Part shown: piece by piece, positions 39,723 to 52,589 of the stretch
Layout: each line of letters starts with the position of its first letter
How positions within the stretch are numbered: the stretch's first letter is position 1
Source: Sphaerodactylus townsendi
Taxonomy: Eukaryota
Direction: 5' to 3'
DNA length: 64,000 nt
Assembly (NCBI RefSeq): GCF_021028975.2
Contig: NC_059430.1
Span: 39,680,001-39,744,000, forward strand
Translations under genes and position numbers: made by a program
The notes under the pieces: model-generated
Told to the model about the DNA's origin: nothing
What the model saw: only the letters and a program-made list of their open reading frames with translations
Database searches by the model: none

Positions 39723-40063
39723 GAGGTGGGTTTTCCAGGCTGTGTGGCCGTGGTCTGGTAGATCTTGTTCCTAATGTTTCGCCTGCATCTGTGGCTAGCA
39801 TCTTCAGAGGTGTATCACAGAGAAAAGTCTGTTTCAACTGTCTAGTGAGAAGGGAAAGTTTAGTGGGGTATATTGTCCATGTCCCCGGGTGCGGAACCAA
39901 TCAGTAAGTGTTTGGGTAGGTTCCAGTCTGTGATACACCTCTGAAGATGCCAGCCACAGATACAGGCGAGACGTTAGGAACAAGATCTACTCTGACCACA
40001 GCCACACAGTCCAGAAAACCCACCGCAACCAGTTGAATCCGGCCGTGAAAGCCTTCGACAATA
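39723..40063. mobile_element. Penelope-like element remnant with inverted termini bearing hammerhead-ribozyme cores
   Basis: Inverted arms of about 96 bp (39726-39821 and 39927-40023), each with CTGAAGA-stem-GA(A/G)AC; flanking ~15-bp direct repeat caag(g/a)aatactgatt. Confidence 0.7.
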
Positions 40064-40468
40064 CAAGAAATACTGATTTTTTTCCAGTTCCATTATTTGG
40101 ATCCAAAAAATACACATTCCTACATGTCACCTGTCTTCTGTTGACTTGCCTACCTTCATTGCATCTCTGGGATGCTGAGATCTCCTGGTTAAGCTGCTTT
40201 CACTTTACAAGATTATTTTTGTCCATCAAAGCTAGGCATGGAACAGGCCGATCTCAGTTTTGTTCAGAAAAATCAGATTCAAATCTTTTTGGCATTCAGA
40301 AGCACACTATGGGAACCAAATTAACCAGTGGAGGGTTTAGACCAGGTGTGTCAAACTCATTTTTTACAAGGGCCAGATATTACATAAATGTGATTTGGCT
40401 GGACCAGGCCACCAGGAGAGGGGTGGCTGCCTCAGCTGGCAAGTAGGCTTCCCAGCCCAGATCAACAT

Positions 40469-40499
<31 letters not shown>

Positions 40500-42383
40500 C
40501 CTCAGCTGATGAATCCACAGCAGGCTCACCAGCCCAGATTGTCACCTGGTGGTTTGCCAGGTCAGATTGGGAGCTGAGGGGTTAGGATGGGGGGGTGACT
40601 GTCTTAGTTGGGCTTGCCAGACCAGATTGGCATGGATGTGTGGGTCCCCAGGCCAGACCAGGCACAAGGTGGGATGTTGGCTAGGCTAGGAGAGATCAAG
40701 AGTCAAAGACCAAAACAGCCCTGGAAAGGACCCTTTCCCCTCCCCGTTTCCTAAAGGTACAGAAGCTCCTTTTATCATTTTGAGTTTCTTTAATAAACCC
40801 TCAATGTATTTTTTTAGATTTATACCCTGCTGAGGCCTTTTTCCTTCCCGAACCCTGTTCTCCTTAGACTCAATCACAAAATCTCCAGGAATTTCCCAAC
40901 CAGGGATGCATCTATATTTTTTGAAGGACAAAATTACACACATATCTTTTCATAAATCTCCCTCAGACCCTAGGTCCAGCAAAGTCTGTACTGCCAACCC
41001 AGCCCTCCAGGGTCTCAGGCAGAAGTCTTGTCTATCAGCTAGGATGTGAACCTTAACTGGAGAGGATGAGGATTGAACTTGTGACCTTTGCATGCCAAGC
41101 AGATGCTCTATAGCACAGCCATGACCTCCCTTGCTCTCAGGCAACATTGGTTGTGACCTGAATTGGAGGTGGGGGGAGGTGGAATGGGGTTGCTTAACAA
41201 CAGGGTGGGAAAAAACTGCCTATGATCAAAATATGTAGCATGCAAAGTGCCAAATTTTTTTGCTAAAACTATTTTTAAAGAAAAACACTGCAAAGAGCAT
41301 TAAGTTTGCACCAGGCACTGAAGAAGGGATGCTACTGCTCAGTATCTCCTCCAGCTGGCTAGAGTGCAGCCTCATCTGTCCCAGTGTTCCATGGAGTCCT
41401 GAAAGGAGCAGAGTTTGCAGCCACCCTCGCTGCAAGCCACAGTGCCTGAAAAAGGGGCAGTTTATTGCTTTCCTTAGCCAGGACCTTCAGCACTTAGCAA
41501 GGGAGCAGATTAGCAGCATTCCCCTGCTTTGCCTGGGTGGGTGCTGGGGATATCTTGCCTGGAGAGCTGTGCTTCCAGCATATCTTGGACTGGCTTTGCT
41601 GTTGCACAGCTGTTCCTGCTATGCTCTGCCAGGCTTGCAGCAGCCATTACTGCAAGCAGCAGCTTGCCACTTACCCTTGGCAACAACTCAACTACTGAGC
41701 AACTCAGCAGATTGGCAGCGATGAGCCATTCAGGCAGATCCCCCCATTCCCATACATAATGCTAGCCACAACACATGCCAGTTAAATGGACTGTCTGAAT
41801 AAGAAACTCCAAGGTAACACAGCTTTTAGGGAAGAGAGTATTTCAGAGGAGGGATGGAGTACAACATTTTTTAAAAATCACACAAGTAGTTTCCCTAGTT
41901 TTACTCCTTTAGAAGGCAATATTCCAATATCTACAGCTTGCGGGCATTTGATATATTTTTTAAAAGATGGCAGGTAGATATGAGCAAAAGTCAGTTCCCA
42001 AATTGATCCTGTGTAAATATCATAAACCCTTTAGGTTCAGTTCACCTCTCTTTTCTCTACAGGAATGAGCAGCAATCCTAAACACTCCAGTCTACGCCCA
42101 TTAATGGAACCGGAATAACTCTGCATAGAATAGTACTGTAAATCACTGTAGGTCCATAAGCAATGGGAAAAGTTATTTCATTTTCGAAGAGAAAGTACTG
42201 TAACATACATGAAAGTATTTTCTTGGTGAACAGGAGACTTGGGGTCTTCAGCAAAAGAACAGACTGTGATACCAGAACATAGGACTAAGCAAGTCATAGG
42301 GAAAGATACTGAAGGAAATGTGGCTGCCAAATCACTTAAGGAAGTCAAGAACTGATACCCATATTTCTCTCCGGCAATTCAAG

Positions 42384-42530
42384 TCACTTTGGACTAACAG
42401 CTCCAGCAAAATATTCCTTCTCGAATTTCTGGAAATCTTCATCAGTGAAGACTGTGCCCTCCGGCTTCTTCTTCTTTGCCTCCTCCTCTGGGCGGTCTCT
42501 AGCTTTCCTGCCTCTATTTTGGGCCAGAAC
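42384..42530 (-). CDS. RPS19BP1: RPS19BP1 (AROS) coding exon 4
   Basis: [14 protein letters not shown]...[23 protein letters not shown]..., matching the AROS C-terminal motif; acceptor AG at 42532-42531. Confidence 0.95.
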   Translation of the reverse strand, partial: VLAQNRGRKARDRPEEEAKKKKPEGTVFTDEDFQKFEKEYFAGAVSPK

Positions 42531-43211
42531 CTTCAGACAATACAAAAGGAAATGAGTTGTATTCTTTGCTAACACAGCACAAATGGTTATGGCGGTTAAA
42601 CATCAATCAAACTTGTTCCAGACCAAAGAAACATTTGATCACAAAATGTGACAGCATAGTTTAGAGTCTGTTTGGATTCTGTCTGATGAAGCAGGACCCT
42701 GTGTACTCACTGCTTTTTAGAGAAACTTGCATCAAAAGGTCAGATCTACATTCCAGCATTCCGGGATTTGTGAGAGTTTTTAGTTAGATGGTCAAGCACA
42801 GGAGTCTGCAACCTGCAGCTCTCCAGATGTTCATGGACTACAATTCCCATCAGCCCCTGCCACCATGGCCAATTGGTCTAGCAGCAGAAGACAATCCTGT
42901 CAGCTAGAAGCTGAGGCTCATCCGGACTAATTTTCCCTCTACTCTTTCTGCTGGTATTTTACATTGGTATGGCCAAGCAGATGTAGGCAATATGCTGGTT
43001 TTTGTAATTTGGAATCTCTTTTTTGTAAGCAGCTTTGGGTTCTCCCAAGGAGAAAAGTGGCTTTAAAATGCTTTAATAAAAACTCAGCTTGGGTGAACAA
43101 GGGTCTTGAAGGCAGGGAGAAGGTTATGGGTGAGTGCAACATGACAAGGAAGGAAAAAGAAAATTAGAAAGGAAGGCTACGGCATACAAAGAGGTAGAGT
43201 ATAAGGCTCAC

Positions 43212-43309
43212 CTTCTGAGTGACAGAACTGTCTGTAACAAACTGACTGCTCAGCATGTACTGCAGGTTTTCCTGCAAATGGTTAACAGCCTGGCGTTTCT
43301 GATACTCCT
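43212..43309 (-). CDS. RPS19BP1: RPS19BP1 (AROS) coding exon 3
   Basis: (E)EYQKRQAVNHLQENLQYMLSSQFVTDSSVTQK; cttcccag| and |gtgagc; 98 nt. Confidence 0.92.
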
Positions 43310-43629
43310 CTGGGAAGAAGTAAGAAAATAATTGTAAGCAGGTTTGCAAAGAGGACAAAAGACACAGGTAGGTTTAGAAACATTCTGACTGGCTGGAATG
43401 CAATATGACTTGCCACAAAGCCTGATCTCCCCCCCCCCCCCCCCGCCTTTGTACCAGAGATTTCATGGACACTTCACCCCCCCTAAAAATCAGACCTCTG
43501 CAATTACCAAACTTGAACAATATATAGAAAAATTATACTGGTACACCAAATTGCATAAAAAGTCACTTTATTTAAAACTTGAAAATATCATGCATTCCTG
43601 AGAGTCTTATATGTGCAGCTAAAGTGGAT

Positions 43630-43990
43630 AAGAAGAACTTTCCCTCTCTTCCTCATAATACTAGAACTTAAGGCCATCCAGTGAAGTTGATGGCCAACAG
43701 AATCAGACTAGATAAGAGGAAGTACTCCTTTACTTAATGAGAAATTCAATCATGGAATTCACTGCCAGTGAACATAGTGATAGCCACAGGCACAGATGGT
43801 TTTAAAAGGAGATTAGACAGACTCATGGAGGAGTGGTTCATCAATGGCTACTAGCCATGTTGACTAATGAGAAACCCCTCCACATTCACAGCTAGCAGGT
43901 CCCTGAATATTAGAAGGCAGAATTAGGGCTTCTATGATACTGGACTAGAGGAACCACTGGTCTGATCCAGTAGGCCTCTTCTGAAGTCTA
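43630..43990 (+). mobile_element. CR1 LINE 3' end
   Basis: Typical CR1 ORF2 C-terminal DNA (actagaac..ggccatcca.tgaag; tggaattcactgcca; ttagacagactcatggagga) and 3' UTR ggtctgatccag. Confidence 0.65.
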
Positions 43991-45013
43991 ATCTATATTA
44001 CATGTTTGTATTCTAAGCATATAAGCCTCATTTCTGAAACATGTTGAGTTTGTGCCTGAGTGCCTATAGTCTCATGACTATACTGTACTTTCAACATGCA
44101 TATTTTTATGTATTTATTTTTTATTATTGAGTTTTATATACCGCCCTACCCCTGAAGGATTGATGCCACTTGCAGCTTTGAATGGGAAAATATATTGTTA
44201 ATTGTCACATGCTATAGAAAAGGTGCACAACTCAAAACAGTTACATGGACCAGAATTGATCTTGATTAAAAATAAGTCGAACCATACTAGTACATACTAT
44301 TAGACCCTGCTCCATGAGTCACAGGGTAAGAAATGTTGGAGACTTGGCAACACTAAAATAAGATTGTTTTTAGCAACACAGTTTTTAGCAATGATATACT
44401 CATTAGAGAAACAGGGTCAGAAAGATATTGACACCAAGCACTCCTCAAGCTTTATATACAGCAGTTGTACCCAACCAGGAAATCGGGCTTCCAACACAAG
44501 ATGAGTGTCAAGGATTGTAGATTCATTATCCCTGTTTGCACCCCTAGACAAGGAGTACAGCATTCATGCATAGAATCTTTGCACAGCTGTGCTCTTTCCA
44601 GTGCCATGAAACCTAGTCCAGTCCTTTATCTAAGGCTTTGGATAACCTCATCCCTGAACATACCTGGCAGCAGCACTCCTCTTCTTCATTGCTGTTGTGA
44701 CTGTGTTCATTCTCTTTGGGCAAGTTCTCCCCTCCCCACCCCCCCGGCTTTACTTGTGGATGTACGGAGGATGAAGTAAGTCTGATTTGGGAGAGTGGAG
44801 CAGATACCTGCTGCAGACCAGGAAGTGTGACTAAGGGATAAACAGGATGCGGTGGAGACTTGCTGCCCATCTCTCATGGTACCACTTCATCAGGTGCCAC
44901 TTGGCTTCCCCCTTTCTTTCTTCCCTCTCTATTCCATCGCCAACATTGGCAGTCTCCTCCTTGCGGCCTCTCATCATGGGAGGCAAAGTGTATCATAATC
45001 ACTGCCTCCCAGC

Positions 45014-47258
45014 CACTGGTGTAATGCCCATTGGGCAAGGTGGGCAGCTGCCCAGGGCATCACCTTGTGGGGGGCATCAAAATGCTGGGTTCGTTTTTGG
45101 GTATTTTTAGTTGTTTTCCATTTTTGGCCTGCAGGGGGCGCAGTTTTTGTTAGCACAGAGGAATCCAGCCTTCAGATGTTCAGGAACTATTCTATCAGTT
45201 CTACCAGCATGGCCAATTGGCCATGCTGACAGAGGCTGATGGGAATTGCAGTTCCTGAACATCTGGAGAGCCGCAGGTTCCCTACCCCTGGAGCGGCACC
45301 AGAATTTCAGCGTATCATCAGGAGACTGTCCTTATGCTACCCTCCAAGTTTGGTGAGGTTTGGTTCAGGGGGTCCAAAGTTATGGACTCCCAAAGGGGGT
45401 GCCCCTATCCCCCATTGTTTCCAATGGGAGCTAATAGGAGATGCGGTCTACAGTTTTGAGGGTCCATAACTTTGGCCCCCCTGAACCAAACTGCACCAAA
45501 CCTGGGGGGTATCATTAGGGCAGTCTCCTGATGAGACCCTTAAATTTTTGAGACTGTGCCTTTAGAAATGTGCCCCCCCAGCCTGCAACCCCCATTGACA
45601 TCAATGCAGAAAACTCAATGCAGAACAAAGATTCTTGGGCAAATTTTGGAATGTTCTTGCAGGGAGGGCATTCTTGGACGTATCAGCACCAAAATTTCAG
45701 GGCATCATCTGGAGACTGTCATGATGGCACCCCCAAGGTTTGGTGCAGTTTGGTTCAGGGGGTCCAAAGTCATGGACCCTCAAAAGGGTAGCCCCCATCT
45801 CCTTAGCAAAGAATGGGGGATGAGGCACCCCCTTTGAGGGTCCATAACTTTGGACCACCTAAACCAAACTGCATCAAACTTGGGGGGGTCCCATCAGGAC
45901 AGTTTCCAGATGATACCCTGACATTTTGGTGCTGATACATCCAAAAATGCGCCCCCTTCAGGAATATCCCAGAAATTTGCCCAAGAATCTTTGTTCTGCA
46001 TTGAGTTTTCTGTATTGCTGTCAATGGGGGTTGCAGGCTGGGGGGGGGGGGCACATTTCTGAAGGCACAGTCTCAAAACTTTCAGGGTTTCATCAGGAGA
46101 CTGCCCTGATGATACCCCCCAGGTTTGGTGCAGTTTGGTTCAGGGGCCCCCTCAAAACTGTAGCCCCCATCTCCTATTAGCTCCCATTGCAAGCCTTTAT
46201 TGGCATAGACAACAGTACAACAATAATAAAAACAGATTAAAAAACATATACAATACAGGAAATAAATGTTAAGTGAAAGGAAAACTACTGGCATTTAGTA
46301 ATTTCCAGGAGAAAGTCTGCCACTATCAAACAGAGAGAAGGATCAGGATTGTCCAACAAGTAGTGTAATCTAATTAAAACGAGGAGATCTGGTAAATGTA
46401 AAGGAGTAAGATTCACATACTTGGATCTGATTTCCTTGAATCTGACAGTGTAGTAATTGGTGGGCCAGAGATTCAACTGAGCCATCATTACACAGGCACA
46501 ATCTTTTAGCCTTTTCTTGCTAATTAAATCTGCCATGTAACAAGGCAGAAGGCATAACATTAAACCTGGCGAGCATTATGGCTCTCCTTTGAGCACGGTT
46601 TATTAAGCAATACAGGTAGTGTGCCAAGTGGCCCCGTTCAAATGAGAGAGAAAAATACAGGGGGGGAGCATGTTTTCTTGGCTGCGGTGATTAGGGTAGA
46701 GAACTCTCTATCCAATAGTTGACCTTTTAATTTTCTATAAGCTTCTGAATAGGACAAAGGGCAAAGTGAATCCACTGACAGTCCAATAGAGGCCATTTTT
46801 TCTTCAATTATGGAAAACCAGGGGTTGGAATGGGTGTCAGAGAGCAGCCAGTGGACCAGGGAATTACAGTCCGAGAGAAAATGAATTTGCAGCCAGAATC
46901 TAAAAGCCCTCAGCCAAGCGGCTGATTCCAAGGAGTTTTGACCTAACTCCAGACAAAGGGCTGCCTAGGGCACGCAATTTGGGGATTAATTAGCTCCCAT
47001 TGGAAACAATGGGGGATGGGGCACCCCCCTTTGGGAGTCCAAGTCCATAACTTTGGACTCCTTGAACCAAACCTCACCAAACTTGGGGGGTAGCATAAGG
47101 ACAGTCTCCTGATGATACACTGAAATTTTGATGCTGATATGTCTAAAAATACACCAATGTCCTGGTGCAAAAATTTTTTGGTTGTGGTGGAGTGGCCGCC
47201 CATGGGGCATCCAACTCAGGTTTTGCCCAGGGCTACAGTTTGCCTCATTACGCCCCTG
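45014..47258. mobile_element. hAT non-autonomous element with palindromic interior and nested insertions (RPS19BP1 intron 2)
   Basis: Perfect 8-bp TSD CTCCCAGC (45006-45013 and 47259-47266); TIRs CACTGGTGTAATG / CATTACGCCCCTG. Confidence 0.8.
46190..46988 (-). mobile_element. 5'-truncated LINE nested in the hAT element
   Basis: 14-bp TSD ATTAGCTCCCATTG (46176-46189 and 46989-47002); ORF2-like fragments 46285-46560 and 46638-46931; AATAAA near the 3' end. Confidence 0.75.
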
Positions 47259-48129
47259 CTCCCAGCCCTTTAAATAAAGTTATGGTCTTTTGCTCAAAAC
47301 TTCTGGACCCCATAAGATTTCGAGCTCTTATAAGAACTTGGGAACCAGAAGGGCTGCTTTGGCAACCATCCTAGGCACCCGTGTATTTTGACAGCTTGCC
47401 TGAGAGTTGCTGTCTGTCTCTTGTGGTGCTGTTTCACTGGTGCCCAGTTTTCTTGATTAGGGTCTATCACGGTCATGAAGGCCAGTGCTGTCTGTTGAGC
47501 CAGGAGAGACTGTTATGGGGGCTATAGACCACTCAACACATGTTAGTGGGCCACAGATTATCTACTCTTAGTGAGCTACACAGTTCAGTGTGGTAAGTAA
47601 CATTAGGTGAGCGGTTCTTTTCGATGGACCAACTACCACCATTTGTGAGACAAAATGGAAAACTTGTTCTGTATGCAGAGAGCAAAGTTTAGCCATGTGA
47701 ATAATTTTAATTCCTTCAGACAGCCAAAGAACTGAAGAGAAAGCCTTCAGAAACCCTTTAATGTACTAAATTGATGTTCCTACGCAATACTGTAATATCT
47801 ATGTAGGCATGCAGCTCAGATCGTTAAGCAGATACCAAGAAATGAAGTATAAGCTTGCAAATGTGCATGCATATCTATAAGAGGTGCTAATATGAAACTC
47901 AGAGCTTTAAACCAATCCAAGCATCCCAAAAGGCATTTTGCAACTGAGGAACCCAACATATCGAATAGCTACACAGAATGATACAGCCTCTTAGAGACCG
48001 TTGGTTAAGAATAGTTTGAACTTTCATAGGAAGTAGCCTGTGAAAAACTCTTAAGAAAATAGAGTAAATTCCCAGGGGGAACTTCCCCCACCATGATTCT
48101 ACTAGCTCCTTTAGATTAGAGGCTCTTAC

Positions 48130-48270
48130 CTAATGCAGATCTAGTAACTTTGCCTTTGACTGTAGCTTTATCTCTTTTGCGGCTTGAGACGATCTTTCTT
48201 TTCTTCCTCCTCAGCAACTGTTTCTTGAGCCGAGTTGGGGTCGCTGTTGGTTTGGGCCGGGAGGCGGCCG
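48130..48270 (-). CDS. RPS19BP1: RPS19BP1 (AROS) coding exon 2
   Basis: (A)AASRPKPTATPTRLKKQLLRRKKRKIVSSRKRDKATVKGKVTRSAL; ctag| and |gtaaga; 141 nt, phase 1/1. Confidence 0.88.
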
Positions 48271-48445
48271 CTAGCTTAACAAAAAGGGGGAACGAAAAAG
48301 ACCGCTAAGACTAGAATCCTCTGCATATGGATTAGTTCTATGGGATAAAATGGGACTTCTGCTTAAGCATGCAATTGATTCGCACCGTAATTAAGCTTAA
48401 CAGATGCGAACGGAGAAAGTTCTCATTTCAACTCTCATTTATTAC

Positions 48446-48497
48446 CTGTCGATTCCTCCAGCAACTTCAAACCCTTCCTTAGTAAAGAAGCCGACAT
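48446..48497 (-). CDS. RPS19BP1: RPS19BP1 (AROS) coding exon 1
   Basis: MSASLLRKGLKLLEEST (compare AROS MSAALLRRGLELL); donor G|gtaat; 52 nt. Total is 438 nt = 145 aa. Confidence 0.92.
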
Positions 48498-48564
48498 TTT
48501 CCTCCTTTCGCCCAAGTGAATTGCAGTTCTCTCTGTTTCAACTCTATGGTGTTTTCTATGGTTT

Positions 48565-48660
48565 CGGTTGCTTCCGGGTTCGGACTAGCCACTCTTCCGG
48601 TATCCGAACGCCTTTCCACGCTCGATTTTGCCCCACTTCCGGCCGTTCCGGTCCGTTCCT
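48565..48660 (-). promoter_or_regulatory. RPS19BP1: RPS19BP1 promoter (clustered ETS/GABP motifs)
   Basis: Four TTCCGG cores (CCGGAA on the minus strand) near 48572, 48595, 48637 and 48646; CpG-rich and TATA-less. Confidence 0.7.
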
Positions 48661-48835
48661 GATCAGGTTGTGTTGCAAGTGCTCAGAGGGGCTGTTGCGT
48701 TCTATTATTTGAATGGGAAGGCGTTGCGGCCAACCTTGATAACTGATTTCCGTTTGTAGGGTTACCTGTGAAATCAATTGCTTTATTTTTATGTTTTAAT
48801 TTTTTTCCTTAGAAATTTATCTCCAGTGTAAAACA

Positions 48836-48837
<2 letters not shown>

Positions 48838-48872
<35 letters not shown>
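48838..48872. repeat. (GT)n microsatellite
   Basis: Pure GT run; another lies at 40470-40499. Confidence 0.95.
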
Positions 48873-48875
<3 letters not shown>

Positions 48876-50170
48876 AAACAATCAGAATTAACCTGCCTTA
48901 AAGTGAAAAACCTCTGTAATCGAGTATAAATTATAGTACTTAAACGTCCTTCTAACACACACACATTTTACGGACTTTTGCTAAATGTTTTTTTGGGGTG
49001 GTGGCGGTGAGTGGCTGTTAATGAAAATAAGGTGTAAGGACGACAGGAGATGGTTAAAAGTGCTTCTAAATGTGTGAGACATGTTATGGAAAGTCAATAA
49101 GATGCGACTTTTATGTATAGAAAATGGATCCTGAGGGCCCTTATTCACCAGTCTTTTTAATTAGATGATGGTACATATTAAAAAGCTGCAAAAGGAGTTT
49201 TGTGGTTCCAGAGTTGGCCCTGGTTAGTATTTGGATGGGTGTTCTGGTTTCCAAGGAACACAAGAGTCATGATGCAGAGGAAGGTAATGTCAAACCACCT
49301 TCTCACTTTGCCTTGAAAACTTGCTGGATGACCTTGGGCCAGTCAGACACTTTCAGTCTTGACCCTGGCAAGTATTTGAATGGGAGACCTTCAAGGAATA
49401 CCAGGGGCATGATGCAGAGGCAGGCAATGGCAAACCACCTCCAAACATCTCTGCACTGAAAACCCTCCAAGGTTGCCATACATCAACTGTGATTTGACCC
49501 CCCCCCCAAAAAAAAAGCAGCCAAAGAGGCATCAGCCAAAGATCCTGCTTTGATTGCCACTGCCATCTGAGGCTAGATGGGTGGCAACCTGAGAAAGGGC
49601 CTTCTCTGTCGTGGCACCAAAACGTTGGAACTCTCTCACCTGGGAGATTCATCTGTCTCCTTCTATTGGTGTTTTTTACCTGCAGGTGAAGACCTTATTG
49701 TTTCATCTAGCATACCCCCATTAATTGTCCCTTCTTCAAGTTCTGTGTGTTTTTAATTGTCTTTTATAATTTTAAGTGTATTAAGTAATTTAATGTTTTT
49801 ATGTTGACCATGACAGGATAAAAAGGCAACATTAAAAAGTTAGAAATAAAAAAATAAATACAACCAGGATCCTACTATGTAATTTTGCAGCACAGGCATC
49901 ACAAACTGGGGGAGGGTGGAGTTGTGCTTCATCTGGGGGTGGTGCACAAACAGCATGGCTGAGCCGCCTCATAAGTGGCTTGCTGTGCTGTGACCAGCTT
50001 CAGGATAGCAGAACATAAGGCAGAACTGTGAACCTGGAACAGTGGCTTAGCAGTGTCAGCGTGGAGGGGGTGGGGCACAGGCTTTGACAGACAAGATGGC
50101 TGTCATTCATCAGAGAGGCGGAGAAATGAGGAGCCAGCCCAGGGGCAGGGAAGTGTGGGAGGTCGTAGAT

Positions 50171-50356
50171 CAGCGGTTCTCAACCTGGGAGTCGCGACCC
50201 CTTTGGGGGTCGAGTGACCCTTTCACAGGGGTCGCCTAAGACCACTGGAAAACAGTCTTTTTATATTTTATATATACCCATTTTATGGTTGGGGGTCACC
50301 ACAACATGAGGAACTGTATTAAAGGGTTGCGGCATTAGGAAGGTTGAGAACCACTG
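50171..50356 (+). mobile_element. SPIN (Space Invader)-family hAT MITE
   Basis: Ends CAGCGGTTCTCAACCT..GTCGCGACCCCTTTGGGGGTCG and GGGGGTCACCACAACATGAGGAACTGTATTAAAGGG..GGCATTAGGAAGGTTGAGAACCACTG match the SPIN/URR1 termini as recalled; perfect TSD TCGTAGAT. Confidence 0.85.
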
Positions 50357-51660
50357 TCGTAGATGATCTCCCAACTGCCTTCTGACCTTCAGCCCCTGAA
50401 AGGGGTAAGGAAAAGGCCAGGGAACTCCAAAAGTAAAGGACAGGGAAACAATACCCCAGCTGGATCCTAACCTATAGGCTTGGGAGTAATTTCCGTTGCT
50501 TTTTAGTGGAAAATATTCCAAACAGGTATGTTTAGAATTGCAATTAGAACCATCCATCCTTCTGCTTAATAGCCTGATGAATGTAGTATAGAGAGTAACA
50601 CGAGGAATGGAAGTTGTTGGGACTAGTGGGTGGTTCTTTTCACCCAGCCAAAACTGGGCTTTAAATACATCCCCAATTTAAATTGTAATATGTTTATTTG
50701 CTACTTCCCTGGCATGTATGGATGAGTTTTTCCTTGGGCATGTGAAATATTCTCAGACAATCTAAAGAGATTTGTATAACCGCTTCAGTGGGTCCAGGCT
50801 TAAAGTAGTTTTCACTCTTGATTGTTATCTCTTTTATATTGTTGAAAAGGTAATCTCTTCCTGAAAAAGCAAGTTACACTGTGATAGAAATAACTTACTG
50901 GAGCAGCAAACAAACCTAGTGAATGTCTTTCAGTGTAATGTACATGGATCAATGATAGTTTATTTAGTCCTCATTTATAATCAGGCAGCATTTCTTGGAC
51001 AAGTGGCAATCAAACCCCCTCATTCCAGGTTTTTCTGTTTATCATTCTATTCTGATTTCAGCCTCATTGGAACCCTTCGCAGTGCAGCACTTGAAATAAA
51101 TTGGTGACTTTAGTAGCAGTTGTTCTTGTCATGCTAATGCTGGCACTATTACGAGATTTTATCATTACATTTTCTGTTCCTCAAGGAATCAAATTTATTT
51201 CTGCTTTGCTGGTGCCAGATAGCATCATATTGTGCCAGTTCTTTTAGAAGTTTATTGACCAAAAACTTTAAAATTAATTTTTCTAGATAGTTTATCATTC
51301 TCTCAAATGCATGTGACATATTTTATACTACGCGGTGTGCTTTTTGAACAATACTGTCGTTCGATCTGAATCAGCAGCTGAGACACTGCTGCGCAAATCA
51401 GAGCTTCTGGTTGGAACAAGCTCTTCTGTGCTTTCATGTGAGACTGCAGCTTTGGGCTGTAATCCTAAAGATTCTTTATAGAATGCAAAATCTGTTGAAC
51501 TCACTGAGATTTACTTTTGAATACATGGACAGGCTTGCAAGGTAACCTTTACTGAATGCACTGAGGCATTTTTGAGTTAACATGCATAAAAACAGAGTTT
51601 AGAAGATAAAATATATCAACAGCAAGAATTATGGCAGTTCCATTCTGTCAAGCTGAAATA

Positions 51661-51809
51661 CAGAGGCGTAGCAAGGGGGGAAAATGGCTGGTGCACTGGT
51701 GTGTCCTCCGCCCTCATTCTGCCCTGTTCTGCCACGCTCTCACCACACCCCCACAGGGGCGCATGCCTGGTGCGTTGCGCCCCCCGCTTCCCTTGGAGCT
51801 ACGCCTTTG
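51661..51809. mobile_element. hAT MITE
   Basis: TIRs CAGAGGCGTAGC / GCTACGCCTTTG; perfect TSD CTGAAATA. Confidence 0.85.
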
Positions 51810-52589
51810 CTGAAATATGATCTTAGCTATTTTTTCTAAAAGTGCCCTAGGGGCTTGGTAGATTTCCTTTGGGTGGGGATAAGTGGAGACTCCAGAAAAG
51901 TCACCATGTTGCTGGCAGCCTAACCTTGAAAGGAGGAGTTGAAATGGACAACTCTCACCAGATAATCTCAGGATGGGAGTGTTTTGTTTGATCAAAACCA
52001 GTATCTTCTTCACTGAAACATCTTTTAAACATCCCTGGTATCAATTAGTGCTTATTTACAGCTTAATAGTGAAGGTGTGTGTTCTCCCTGTGTGTGTAGT
52101 TTATTTCAGTGTAAAGGGAATGATACCATGTGTGTTATGTACTGTCACTTTCCATCTCATAGTGACCCTAAGAATTAAAGACCTCCAAACTACCCTATTG
52201 TTGATATCAGGTCTTGCAAACTGGCAGCTGTGACTTTCATTATTGAGTCAATCCATCTCCTGTTGGATCTTCTACTTTTCCTGCCGCCGTTTACTTTTCC
52301 AAGCATTATTATCTTTTCTAGTGAGTCTCAACTTCTCATGAAGTGACAAGAAGTATGATAGCTTTTGTTTAGTTTTAGCTTCTAGGGAAAATTCAGGCCT
52401 GATTTCTCTCTAGATGAATCATATCATATATCTTAATTTTGGTGGAACTTCAGGTGGACTCACCAGTTCAAATCTGGAACTATTTTTTTCTCCAAGAGGG
52501 GGATGTTTGCATCCTACTTATGAGATGCTTTGACAGTACTCACTGACTTTTGCTCACACAGAGGACGGACTAGAGTGTGAAGGCCTTGA

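Noticed and set aside
41055-41135. tRNA gene on the minus strand
   Set aside because: Degenerate A/B-box tRNA-like SINE head; the cloverleaf stems do not pair.
41260-41724. 154-aa ORF between ATF4 and RPS19BP1
   Set aside because: No recognisable homology or splice structure; more likely antisense to the RPS19BP1 3' region.
45300-46190. CRISPR-like or coding repeat array
   Set aside because: Eukaryotic context; units are inverted and variable with no unique spacers; the ORFs are mirror-image by-products of the palindrome.
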